DNA of 21,122 nucleotides from a bacterium (lineage in GTDB: Bacteria; Eisenbacteria; RBG-16-71-46). The notes under the pieces were generated by a model that saw only the letters and a list, made by a program, of their open reading frames with translations, was not told where the DNA came from and did not search any database. A program made the translations under genes and the position numbers. Within the stretch, counting starts at the first letter, position 1. Each line of letters opens with the position of its first letter. Below are positions 6,258-14,899 of this stretch, in pieces. The stretch covers positions 1-21,122 of the forward strand of contig JAYWEM010000100.1 of assembly GCA_043779265.1 (NCBI GenBank), in the 5' to 3' direction.

Positions 6258-9200
6258 ATGTCCCCACACCGTACTCGGCTCACCCGCTCACTCGCGGCAT
6301 TGCTCCTCGCCGCCGGAGTCCTGGCCTCGGCCACGGCTACCGCCAAGCATTCGCACCCTGCACCGAACGAGACGGCTCGGCAGACTGGCCGCCTCGCGGC
6401 GGAATCGGTCATCGACACCGACAAGCAGTCGACTGGCCTCTCGAGTGGCATTCCGCGCTCGCTCGCCAATGAGAACTACCGCGTCGCCCCGGCCAGCCCC
6501 GAGGCCATGGCACGGCAGTACCTCAGCGAGAATGCGTCCAAGCTGCGCCTCGATGATGCACGCCTCGGCGATCTATTCGTGTGCGCCATCCGCTCGACGC
6601 CGGCCGGCACCACGGTGCGCTTCGAGCAGCGCGTTAAGGGCATCCGCGTCGTGGCTCCCGATGTCGCGGTCACCATCGACCCCACGAACAAGGTGACGTT
6701 CGTGATGAACGGCTACGAGCCCGGCCTGTCGCTTGCCGACAGCCGCTCGTCGATCGACGAGGAGACGGCCAAGACCGCGGTGCTGACGCAACTCGGCGTC
6801 GTGGACAAGCCGGCGTACGAGAAGGTCGCCCTCGTCGTCATGCCGGACGGCAAGACCACGCGCCTCGCCTACGAAGTGCGCATCGTCACGAGCGCCACGC
6901 CGCATGGTGACTTCCAGGGCTTCGTCGATGCGACCACCGGCGAGGTGATCAGCATCGAGAACATCGCGCTGAGCATCAACGGCACCGGATTCGTGTTCGA
7001 TTCCGATCCGCTCGGCACGGCACTGGCCACCTACGGCCAGCCCGGCTACACGGACAACGGGGATGCGACCTCACCGCAGCTCGACGCCGCTCGTTCCAGC
7101 CGTACGCTGCTCGACATCACGGACATCGGCGGCGGAGTCATGAAGCTGCAGGGCCCGTATGCGGTGATCGTCGACACCGAGGCGCCGCTCAAGGGCCTGT
7201 TCACACAGGCGAGCACGACGTTCAACTTCAATCGTTTCGACGACGCGTTCGAGGCGGTCAACGTCTACTACCACGTCGATCACATGATGCGGTACATCAA
7301 CATCGTGCTCGGGATCGCCGTGACGCCGTTCCAGTACGCGGGCGGCGTGCGGTATGACCCCAGCGGTCTCTCGGGTGCCGACAACGCCCACTACACGCCG
7401 TCGAGCGGCGTCATCGCGTTCGGTGAGGGCGGCGTGGACGACGCCGAAGATGGCGGTGTGGTCATCCATGAGCTGGGTCACGGTCTGCACGACTGGCTCA
7501 CCTCCGGCAGCCTGTCTCAGGTCAACGGGCTCTCCGAGGGAACCAGCGACTACATCGCCGCCTCGTACGCGCGCAGCCTGAACCAGTGGACGTCGGCCGA
7601 CGCGCCCTATCAGTGGACGTTCCGCTGGGATGGCCACAACGAGTTCTGGGCGGGTCGAGTGACCAATTATTCAGCGCTCTACCCGGCGGGTCTCGTGGGA
7701 CAGATCCACACCGACGGTCAGATCTGGGCGACCTGCCTGATGCGCATCTGGAACCTGATCGGCCGGAACAAGATGGACAAGGCCCTGTACGCCGGTTTGG
7801 CGATGACCAACTCGTCGACCAATCAGAACCAGGCGGCGCAGGCGGTGCTCCAGGCGGCGATCTCGATGGGTTACACGCCCGCCGAGTTGAACGCCATGGT
7901 CAACGAGATGCGCGCCACGGGCTACACGGTGAGCATCGGCGTCGACTACGTCTCGAACGCGATTGCCGATGAGTGCACCAGCCACCCGGGCAACATCAAC
8001 GGCGTGCTGGAGCCGGGCGAGGCGGCGACGGTGAGCGTCATGCTGCGGGCTTCGTCGATCCCCCACACCGGTGTGAGCGCCGTCCTGACGAGCCTGACGC
8101 CCGGGATCACCGTCATCACCGGCTATGCGACGTGGCCGAATCTGGCATCCGGCGTTTCGACGCAGAGCAATGCTCCGCACTTCCGGATCCTGGTCGATCG
8201 CACGGTCGCCTGCCTCTCGACCGCGAACTTCCAGTTGACGGTGACGACCAATGAGGGCGGGCCGTTCATCTCCAACTTCAGCCGCCCGATCGGGTCCTCA
8301 CTCACTCCGACCGGGCTGCCGCTGGCGATCACCGACAACTCCCCGGCCGGTGTGAACAGCTCGCTCAGCGTGCCGACGGCACAGATCCTCACCGACGTGA
8401 ACGTGCGCGTGAGGATCAATCACACGTGGGTCGGCGACTTGAAGATCACGCTGACGAGCCCGATGGGCACGACGGTCACGTTGCTGGATCGCCCGGGCGT
8501 GCCGGCGAGCACGTTCGGCTGCAGCAACGACAACATGGACGTCACGTTCGACGACGCGGCGACGACGATCCTTGAGACGCACTGCGCCGGCACGAATCCC
8601 TGGTTCACCGGCTCGGGCAAGCCGTTCTCGCTGCTGTCGGCGTTCAACGGGCAGTCGTCGCTCGGCAACTGGGTGCTGAACGTGAGTGACCACGCGGGCT
8701 CCGACCTCGGAACCCTGACGTCGTGGGAACTCCTGACCGCACCGCCGCTGGCCGGTACGTGCAACGTCTGTGACGCCGTCGTCTCGACCCGCCTCGCGAT
8801 GTTCGTGGCCGAGGACAAGGTCGAGGGCATCGAAGTGGCGTGGGAGTTCTCGGAGACGGACGAGGGTTCGACCGTGTCGCTCGAGCGCGCCTCGGCGCAG
8901 GTCGGTCCGTGGGAGCCGGTCGTGGCCGAGTACGCCACCAACGGCAGCCGCACGGCGGCACTCGATCGCTCGGTGCAGACCGATCAGACGTACTTCTACC
9001 GTCTGCGCATCAGCGAGCGGAACGGCAGCCAGAGCACGCTGGGCCTGATCGCGGCACGTCACGCGGCGGGCGGAAGCATCCGGACCACCGAGCTGCTCGG
9101 CGCAAGCCCGAACCCGGGTTCCAAGAACACGACGCTGGCATTCCGCCTCAGCCAGGCTGGATTCGTCCACCTGAGCGTGGTCGATGCGCAGGGCCGTCGC

Positions 9201-9359
9201 GTTCGCACGCTGCAAGATGGCGCGCTCGCCGTTGGTGAGCATGCCCGCTTCTGGGATGGCGCGGATGAGAACGGCAAGGCCACACCTGCCGGGATCTACT
9301 TCGGCGTCCTGCACACCTCGGAGGGTCGTCAGAGCTCGCGCTTCGTGCTCGTGCGCTGA
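6258..9359 (+). CDS. Secreted zinc metalloprotease, paralog 2: M36/M4-like, with propeptide, P-domain, an extra Ig/FN3-like module and a C-terminal FlgD-Ig/T9SS-CTD-like domain
   Basis: ATG 6258 follows GGAGG. Signal peptide ...RSLAALLLAAGVLASATATA. HELGH at 7467-7481 plus GLSEGTSD. Collinear with paralog 1 up to the P-domain. Extra module STRLAMFVAE...IEVAWEF...YFYRL. C-terminus ASPNPG...VVDAQGRRVRTL...WDGADENG...GIYF. Confidence 0.88.
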   Translation: MSPHRTRLTRSLAALLLAAGVLASATATAKHSHPAPNETARQTGRLAAESVIDTDKQSTGLSSGIPRSLANENYRVAPASPEAMARQYLSENASKLRLDDARLGDLFVCAIRSTPAGTTVRFEQRVKGIRVVAPDVAVTIDPTNKVTFVMNGYEPGLSLADSRSSIDEETAKTAVLTQLGVVDKPAYEKVALVVMPDGKTTRLAYEVRIVTSATPHGDFQGFVDATTGEVISIENIALSINGTGFVFDSDPLGTALATYGQPGYTDNGDATSPQLDAARSSRTLLDITDIGGGVMKLQGPYAVIVDTEAPLKGLFTQASTTFNFNRFDDAFEAVNVYYHVDHMMRYINIVLGIAVTPFQYAGGVRYDPSGLSGADNAHYTPSSGVIAFGEGGVDDAEDGGVVIHELGHGLHDWLTSGSLSQVNGLSEGTSDYIAASYARSLNQWTSADAPYQWTFRWDGHNEFWAGRVTNYSALYPAGLVGQIHTDGQIWATCLMRIWNLIGRNKMDKALYAGLAMTNSSTNQNQAAQAVLQAAISMGYTPAELNAMVNEMRATGYTVSIGVDYVSNAIADECTSHPGNINGVLEPGEAATVSVMLRASSIPHTGVSAVLTSLTPGITVITGYATWPNLASGVSTQSNAPHFRILVDRTVACLSTANFQLTVTTNEGGPFISNFSRPIGSSLTPTGLPLAITDNSPAGVNSSLSVPTAQILTDVNVRVRINHTWVGDLKITLTSPMGTTVTLLDRPGVPASTFGCSNDNMDVTFDDAATTILETHCAGTNPWFTGSGKPFSLLSAFNGQSSLGNWVLNVSDHAGSDLGTLTSWELLTAPPLAGTCNVCDAVVSTRLAMFVAEDKVEGIEVAWEFSETDEGSTVSLERASAQVGPWEPVVAEYATNGSRTAALDRSVQTDQTYFYRLRISERNGSQSTLGLIAARHAAGGSIRTTELLGASPNPGSKNTTLAFRLSQAGFVHLSVVDAQGRRVRTLQDGALAVGEHARFWDGADENGKATPAGIYFGVLHTSEGRQSSRFVLVR

Positions 9360-9393
9360 TCCGAACCTCGGCTCGCGCGAGCGAGCGGATGAC

Positions 9394-9428
9394 ACGGCGC
9401 CCCGGAGGCTCGACCTCCGGGGCGCCGT
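9394..9428. terminator. Perfect hairpin between convergent genes, likely bidirectional terminator
   Basis: ACGGCGCCCCGGAGG-CTCGA-CCTCCGGGGCGCCGT forms a perfect 15-bp stem between the stops at 9359 (+) and 9432 (-). Confidence 0.7.
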
Positions 9429-9431
9429 CGT

Positions 9432-10274
9432 CTATTCGAACCGGCGGGCGGCGGCCGAGGGTGCCGCATCAGCCGCTGCGGCCACAGGCGCGCAGAAGCG
9501 AGCCTCGCGCTTCTCGATGAACGCGGCGATGCCCTCGTCGCTGTCGGCGCTCGCCCAACAGGCCGCCTGTGCCAGTGACTCGGCCTCGAGCGTCTGCTCG
9601 AGCGTGCGGGAGGCCAAGCCCTGCAGGGTGCGCTTGGCGGCACGCACGCTGGTCACGGGTGAGACGGCGAGTCGACGCGCGTAGTTCCGCCACTCGGCAT
9701 CGAACGAGTCAGCAGGCCACAGCCGCTCGACCAGCCCGAGGCGAAGCGCTTCGTCGGCGCCGATCAACTCACCGGTCCATGCGAGGTCCAGCGCCTTGCC
9801 GAGGCCCACGAGCCTCGGCAGGTGGTGCGCACCGCCCCAGTCGAGGTGGAGTCCGATGCGCACGAACGTCTCGCCGAATCGTGCGGCGGCCGACACCAGC
9901 CGCACGTCACAGGCGAGCGCCAGACTGCAGCCGGCGCCGGCCGCGACGCCGTTCACGGCGGCGAGCGTCGGGATCGGCAGCGCGGCCAGCCTCGTGACGA
10001 TGTCCCGCCCCGCATCCACCAGCGGCGCGAGACCCTCATAAGCCGCACCTTGCTGCTTCAGCGACACCATGTGCGCCACGTCGCCACCCGAGCAGAAGCC
10101 TTTGCCCGCGCCGGTGATCACCAACACGCGCGCCTCGGGAGAGGCGGCGACCCGGTCGAGTGCACGGACCATCCGCTCGCGCATGTCGCCGGCGAATGCG
10201 TTGAGCTTGTCGGGGCGATTCAGGGTGAGGACGGCGACGCCCTCGTCGATCGACAGGAGGATGGTCTCGGACAT
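9432..10274 (-). CDS. Enoyl-CoA hydratase/isomerase family protein, PaaG-like isomerase type
   Basis: Motifs LTLNRPDKLNAF, GFCSGGDV and AVNGVAAGAGCSLALACD (first catalytic Glu absent). FVRIGLHLDWGG carries an Asp where PaaG-type isomerases have their catalytic Asp. Confidence 0.9.
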   Translation of the reverse strand: MSETILLSIDEGVAVLTLNRPDKLNAFAGDMRERMVRALDRVAASPEARVLVITGAGKGFCSGGDVAHMVSLKQQGAAYEGLAPLVDAGRDIVTRLAALPIPTLAAVNGVAAGAGCSLALACDVRLVSAAARFGETFVRIGLHLDWGGAHHLPRLVGLGKALDLAWTGELIGADEALRLGLVERLWPADSFDAEWRNYARRLAVSPVTSVRAAKRTLQGLASRTLEQTLEAESLAQAACWASADSDEGIAAFIEKREARFCAPVAAAADAAPSAAARRFE

Positions 10275-10329
10275 GCGGACTCCCTTTCGGGAACAGGGGG
10301 TGCGACGGCTGCCGGCTCGCGCGGTGGAA

Positions 10330-11508
10330 CTACAGACGCTCGATCAGCATGGCCATGCCCTGGCCGCCGCTGACGCACAGCGTCGCGACACCGTAGCGGC
10401 CACCCGTGCGCTTCAGTTCGTGCACCAGCGACACGATGATCCGGGTGCCGCTGCAACCGGTCGGGTGGCCGAGCGAGACGCCTCCCCCGTTCGCATTGAG
10501 CCGTTCGGGATCCATCTGGAGCTCGCGATCGCACGCGATGACCTGCGAGGCGAACGCCTCGTTCAGCTCGATCAGGTCGATGGCATCGAGCGACAACTGG
10601 TGTCGCTCGAGCAGGCGGCGCACGGCGGGGACGGGCGACAGGCCCATGCGGGCCGGATCGACGCCCACGCTCACGGTGCCGAGCAGCGCGGCGATGGGCG
10701 TGGCGCCGTGACGGCTGGCCGCCGCCTCGCTCATCACCACCAGTGCGGCGGCGCCATCGGTGATCGCGCTCGCGTTGCCGGCGGTGATGCTGCCATCCTT
10801 GCGGAACACGGGCCGCAGCTTGGCCAGGGACGCCACATTCGCATCGCGCCGGATGTGCTCGTCCTGCTCGACCACCGCCGCTCGCTTGCCCTCGCCGACG
10901 GCGACGGGCACGAGCTGGTCCGCGAAACGACCCTCGTCCCATGCACGCGCGGCGCGCAAGTGACTCCGCACGGCGTAGGCGTCCTGCTCCTCGCGCGAGA
11001 TGGCGAAGTCCGTCACCAGCGTCTCACTGGTCTCACCCATCACCTGATCGCACAGCGGGCACAGATAGCCGTCTCGGTACATCGCATCCACGAGCGACTG
11101 ATCACCCAACTTGCGACCCCAGCGCACGTCGGTTGCGAGGAACGGGATGCTCGACATGTGCTCGCTGCCGCCGGCCAGCACGACATCGGCATCGCCGGTG
11201 CGAATCGAGCGCGCGGCGTCGAGCACCGCCTGCATACCCGAGGCGCATGCCTTGTTGATGGTGTGAGCAGGAACCGCGTCGGCGAGCCCGGCGCGGCGCA
11301 CGACCTGCCTCGCCAGATTCGGGCCATTGCCAGCCTGGCGCGCGTGGCCGAACACGACCTCCTGCACGGCATCGGCCGGCACGCCGGCTCTTGCGATGGC
11401 GGCAGCTGCCGCGACGCCGCCGAGGTGTGCGGCACTGGATGCAGCGAGTGCGCCTCCGAAATCCCCGATGGGGGTGCGGACGGCGCCCGCAATCAACACT
11501 CGGGACAC
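10330..11508 (-). CDS. Thiolase (acetyl-CoA C-acyltransferase)
   Basis: Motifs [16 protein letters not shown] (catalytic Cys), [17 protein letters not shown] and [12 protein letters not shown] start after GAGGAG. Confidence 0.95.
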   Translation of the reverse strand: MSRVLIAGAVRTPIGDFGGALAASSAAHLGGVAAAAAIARAGVPADAVQEVVFGHARQAGNGPNLARQVVRRAGLADAVPAHTINKACASGMQAVLDAARSIRTGDADVVLAGGSEHMSSIPFLATDVRWGRKLGDQSLVDAMYRDGYLCPLCDQVMGETSETLVTDFAISREEQDAYAVRSHLRAARAWDEGRFADQLVPVAVGEGKRAAVVEQDEHIRRDANVASLAKLRPVFRKDGSITAGNASAITDGAAALVVMSEAAASRHGATPIAALLGTVSVGVDPARMGLSPVPAVRRLLERHQLSLDAIDLIELNEAFASQVIACDRELQMDPERLNANGGGVSLGHPTGCSGTRIIVSLVHELKRTGGRYGVATLCVSGGQGMAMLIERL

Positions 11509-11544
11509 GGGGAACTCCTCAGCAGAAGGGAGAGGACGAGCGGA

Positions 11545-12843
11545 TCACTCGGAATCGGATTCGGGATCGCTATCGGGCGCCGGAGGACGACGCGTCTCGT
11601 CACGAGGCGGACCGCTCGCGGCGGGACCGCGGCCATCCGTTGCGCGCGGCGGCGTGAAGGGCGCGCGTGGCCCCTGCCCGGGCCCGCTCGCACGCGGACC
11701 ACTCGGAGCTGAACGTGGCCCGGAGAACCCCGGGCGATCCGGCCGAGGCCCGGAGAAGCCGGGACGATCGGGGCGCTGCCCGGAGAAACCGGGACGATCC
11801 GGGCGAGGCGCGGAGAAGCCAGGACGATCGGGGCGCGGCCCGGAGAAACCGGGACGATCGGGGCGAGGACCCGAGAAGCCGGGGCGATCCGGGCGAGGAC
11901 CCGAGAAGCCGCCCGGGCGAGGCCCGAACGAGGGACCGGTTCGCGGAAGCGTCGGCAGATCGCCGCCCTTCGCATCATCGCGCCCCTTCGAGAGCTGCTC
12001 GAATCCTTTGGTCGGCACGCGCTCGACGCGTCGCTTCACCAGCTTGCGCGACCCGAAACCTGGCCGCTGACTGTTCTCACCGGGATCGAGGCTGCGACGG
12101 ACACCCGACGAATACGGCGAGCCGTCCTCATCGTACTCGGCTGCCAGCTCCTCTTCGCGACCGAGCGCGGCGCCGGGGCCGCGGAGCAGGACGAACCAGC
12201 CATCGGGGTCCTCGACCTCGGCCAGACGTCCGAGCTCCTCATCCATGGGCGCGGTGATGAACGTGACCCCTCGCTCGCGGAGCTCCTCGGCCCACTTGTC
12301 GAGATCATCGTCGCTCAGCGCGAAGGCGACGCGCTGCTCGGGGGGCAGCGTGATCCCGAGCTTGTCCTCCTCGTCATGGAGCAGCAGTCGGCAATCTCCG
12401 CTCTCCATCTCGAGGAACGCGCCGGTGTCATCCGCCACCTTCAAGCCGAGATGATCGCGATAGAAGTGGCCGCTGCGAGAGAGGTCGGCGCTGTTGATGA
12501 TCACGTGCGAGAGGAACGGCCACCGGCCGGGTGAGGCCGGGAGTTCCTCGATGAGCCGGATCGTCGTGCCATCGGGATCGTTGACCACCGCCTCGCCAGC
12601 GCCCGACACATGGGCGACTTCGACTCCTCGGCCGCGAATCACCTCGACGCGCGCTTCAAGGCCGCGCACGGCGATCACCAATTGGATCCCGGCCTTGTCC
12701 GCCGGGCGCAGCGTGAGCGCTGCGCCGCGAGTCGCGAACGTGTCCGGATCGTCGCCAACGGTCAGCCCGAGTCGCGCGCCGTACCAGGCGCGCTGCCGGT
12801 CTGCATCCGTGGTGAGGAGAACGATCGCGTGAAGTCGGCCCAT
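11545..12843 (-). CDS. VOC (glyoxalase/bleomycin-resistance fold) protein with two VOC domains and a long disordered Pro/Arg/Gly repeat tail
   Basis: First domain LHAIVLLTTD...WYGARLGL...VNDPDGTTIRL. Second domain LSHVIINSADLSRSGHFYRDHLGL...VEDPDGWFVLL. About 200 low-complexity residues follow. It is tightly packed between the ALDH and thiolase genes. Confidence 0.75.
   Translation of the reverse strand: MGRLHAIVLLTTDADRQRAWYGARLGLTVGDDPDTFATRGAALTLRPADKAGIQLVIAVRGLEARVEVIRGRGVEVAHVSGAGEAVVNDPDGTTIRLIEELPASPGRWPFLSHVIINSADLSRSGHFYRDHLGLKVADDTGAFLEMESGDCRLLLHDEEDKLGITLPPEQRVAFALSDDDLDKWAEELRERGVTFITAPMDEELGRLAEVEDPDGWFVLLRGPGAALGREEELAAEYDEDGSPYSSGVRRSLDPGENSQRPGFGSRKLVKRRVERVPTKGFEQLSKGRDDAKGGDLPTLPRTGPSFGPRPGGFSGPRPDRPGFSGPRPDRPGFSGPRPDRPGFSAPRPDRPGFSGQRPDRPGFSGPRPDRPGFSGPRSAPSGPRASGPGQGPRAPFTPPRATDGRGPAASGPPRDETRRPPAPDSDPESDSE
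11713..11910 (-). repeat. In-frame 30-bp tandem repeat, about 6.6 copies, encoding (GFSGPRPDRP)n
   Basis: Plus-strand units such as GGGACGATCGGGGCGCGGCCCGGAGAAACC recur every 30 bp. Most variation is at synonymous positions of the minus-strand frame. Confidence 0.95.
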
Positions 12844-12855
12844 AGCCCGCTCAGA

Positions 12856-14319
12856 CTACTCCAGATTCAGGTAGACGCTCTTGACCTGTGTGACGTCGGC
12901 GAGGCAGTCCGGCCCAAGGTCGCGGCCGAATCCCGACTGCTTGTAGCCGCCGAACGGCATCGCAGGATCATAGAAATTATACATATTCACCCACACCGTC
13001 CCGGCCCGCAGGGCGCGCGAGACCCGGTGCGCCTTCTTGATATCCGACGTCCAGACGCCGGAGGCGAGGCCATAGGGCGAGTCGTTCGCTTTGCCGACGG
13101 CGTCCTCCACGGAGTCGAACGGGATCACCGACAGCACCGGCCCGAAGATCTCCTCCTGCGCGACCGTCATCGCATTATCCACATTCGCGAGCACCGTCGC
13201 CTGCACGAAGAAGCCCTTGCCGTTGACCGGCTGGCGCTGTCCACCGGCGGCCAACCGGGCGCCCTCCGCGACGCCCTTCTCGACGTAGCTGAGCACCGAC
13301 TCCATCTGCTTCTGCGAAACGATCGAGCCGAGTCGGGTCTTCATGTCGAGCGGGTCGCCCGGCACCAATTTCTTGGCGCGATCTGCGAGCTTGGCGACGA
13401 AGTCGTCGTAGATGGAGCGCTCGACGAGTGCGCGCGATCCGGCGGCGCAGACCTCGCCCTTGCCGTAGAAGATCCCCATCGTCACGCCCTTCACCGCGGC
13501 GTCGAGATCCGCATCGGCGAACACGATGTTCGGCGACTTGCCGCCGAGTTCGAGCGTGACCTTCTTCACCTGATCGGCAGCCGTGCGCATGATGTGCTGC
13601 CCGACCGCCGTCGAGCCCGTGAAGCTGATCTTGTCGACCAGCGGATGGCGCACCAGCGCCTCACCCGCGACCGAGCCCTTGCCCGAGAGGATGTTGAGCA
13701 CGCCGGGCGGCAGTCCCGCTTCGAGCGCCAGCTCGCCGATCCGCAGCGCGGTCAGCGGCGTCAGTTCGGCTGGCTTGATCACCATGGTGTTGCCCGCGGC
13801 AAGCGCCGGAGCGGCCTTCCAGCCCACCATGATCATCGGGAAGTTCCACGGGATGATCGCGCCGATCACACCGATCGGCTCGCGCAGTGTGTAGGTGGCC
13901 CACGCCGGATTCACCGCAGTCGTGTCGCCGGTGATCTTGGTCGCCCAGCCCGCGAAGTAATGGAACGAGCGCGCCACCATGTCGATGTCGACGTGACGCG
14001 ACTCCAGGATCGGCTTGCCGTTGTCCAGCGTCTCGAGGCGCGCCAGTTCATCGGCGTTCGCCAGCACCAGATCGCCGATCTTCCACAGGATGCGCGCGCG
14101 GTCGATCGCCTTCATCCGCGACCACGGGCCCTCATCGAACGCCCGGCGCGCGGCGCGCACGGCGCGATCGACGTCCTCGGCTCCGGCCTCCGCGACCTGT
14201 GTGATGGCCTCCTCCGTCGCCGGGTTGGACGTGGTGTACGTCACGCCGGAAGCGGCATCCACGGCCTCGCCGTCGATGATGAGTTTCCCCGGGCGCACCT
14301 TGGTGAGCGTCTCGGACAT
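12856..14319 (-). CDS. NAD(P)+-dependent aldehyde dehydrogenase
   Basis: Motifs IIPWNFP, IKPAELTPL, ISFTGSTAVG, TLELGGKSP (catalytic Glu), GEVCAAGSR (catalytic Cys), EEIFGPV and PFGGYKQSGFGR. RBS GGAG. Confidence 0.96.
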   Translation of the reverse strand: MSETLTKVRPGKLIIDGEAVDAASGVTYTTSNPATEEAITQVAEAGAEDVDRAVRAARRAFDEGPWSRMKAIDRARILWKIGDLVLANADELARLETLDNGKPILESRHVDIDMVARSFHYFAGWATKITGDTTAVNPAWATYTLREPIGVIGAIIPWNFPMIMVGWKAAPALAAGNTMVIKPAELTPLTALRIGELALEAGLPPGVLNILSGKGSVAGEALVRHPLVDKISFTGSTAVGQHIMRTAADQVKKVTLELGGKSPNIVFADADLDAAVKGVTMGIFYGKGEVCAAGSRALVERSIYDDFVAKLADRAKKLVPGDPLDMKTRLGSIVSQKQMESVLSYVEKGVAEGARLAAGGQRQPVNGKGFFVQATVLANVDNAMTVAQEEIFGPVLSVIPFDSVEDAVGKANDSPYGLASGVWTSDIKKAHRVSRALRAGTVWVNMYNFYDPAMPFGGYKQSGFGRDLGPDCLADVTQVKSVYLNLE

Positions 14320-14330
14320 GGAGGTCTCCT

Positions 14331-14870
14331 CTAGGCCCCGATTCGGGCGTCTTTGATGTGTTTGGCGTGCAACCGATCGTGCGGTGGCAGGGCGAGCAGC
14401 ATGCGCCCGAACGAATGGGCGTCACTCCAACGCTCCTCGGGTTCACCGGGAACAGCCAGCACGCGGGTCATCAAGCGATCTCGTGTCGTCTGCATCAGGC
14501 GAAGCGCCTCGTCCCACGAGTGCGAGCGAAGCGGTGCCAAATGCTCCTCGTTGATACCGGCCATGCGATCGTGGTCGATGCCGGCCCACGACACGTCAGC
14601 ACCGGCGAGTACCTCATCGAACTCCTCGAGTCGCACGCGATCGCGCACGGCCAAGTGCAGCACCATCTCGCGAAGCGTCCACTTGCCGGGCCCGAGCGGT
14701 CGCTCGGCCGATCCCGGCGCGACGCCCTGGATCGCCCCCTGCACCGCGACCCGCGCGCGTTGCAGTTCGAAGAGCACCAGTTCCCGCGGCGCTGCCCCGG
14801 TCCGCTGCAGCGTGAACGCCGGCTCGAAACCGGCGGCGGCAGCTCGCTTCCTGGGGGCGCGCGGCGACAT
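14331..14870 (-). CDS. DinB/YfiT-like four-helix-bundle protein
   Basis: PGKWTLREMVLHLA and C-terminal HDRLHAKHI give the His triad typical of the DinB superfamily. ATG 14870 was chosen because of upstream GAGGAG; the longer ORF call overlaps the upstream gene. Confidence 0.75.
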   Translation of the reverse strand: MSPRAPRKRAAAAGFEPAFTLQRTGAAPRELVLFELQRARVAVQGAIQGVAPGSAERPLGPGKWTLREMVLHLAVRDRVRLEEFDEVLAGADVSWAGIDHDRMAGINEEHLAPLRSHSWDEALRLMQTTRDRLMTRVLAVPGEPEERWSDAHSFGRMLLALPPHDRLHAKHIKDARIGA

Positions 14871-14899
14871 GCGGCTGGGACTCCTCGGATGGACCTCGA

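Noticed and set aside
6007..6696. 229-aa ORF starting between the two proteases
   Set aside because: It overlaps paralog 2 out of frame, runs through a terminator-like hairpin, and has low-complexity Ser/Arg/Pro composition with no motif.
11713..11910. 30-bp periodic repeat as a possible CRISPR array
   Set aside because: The units are contiguous with no unique spacers, the period is a multiple of three, variation is mostly synonymous, and there are no cas genes in the window.
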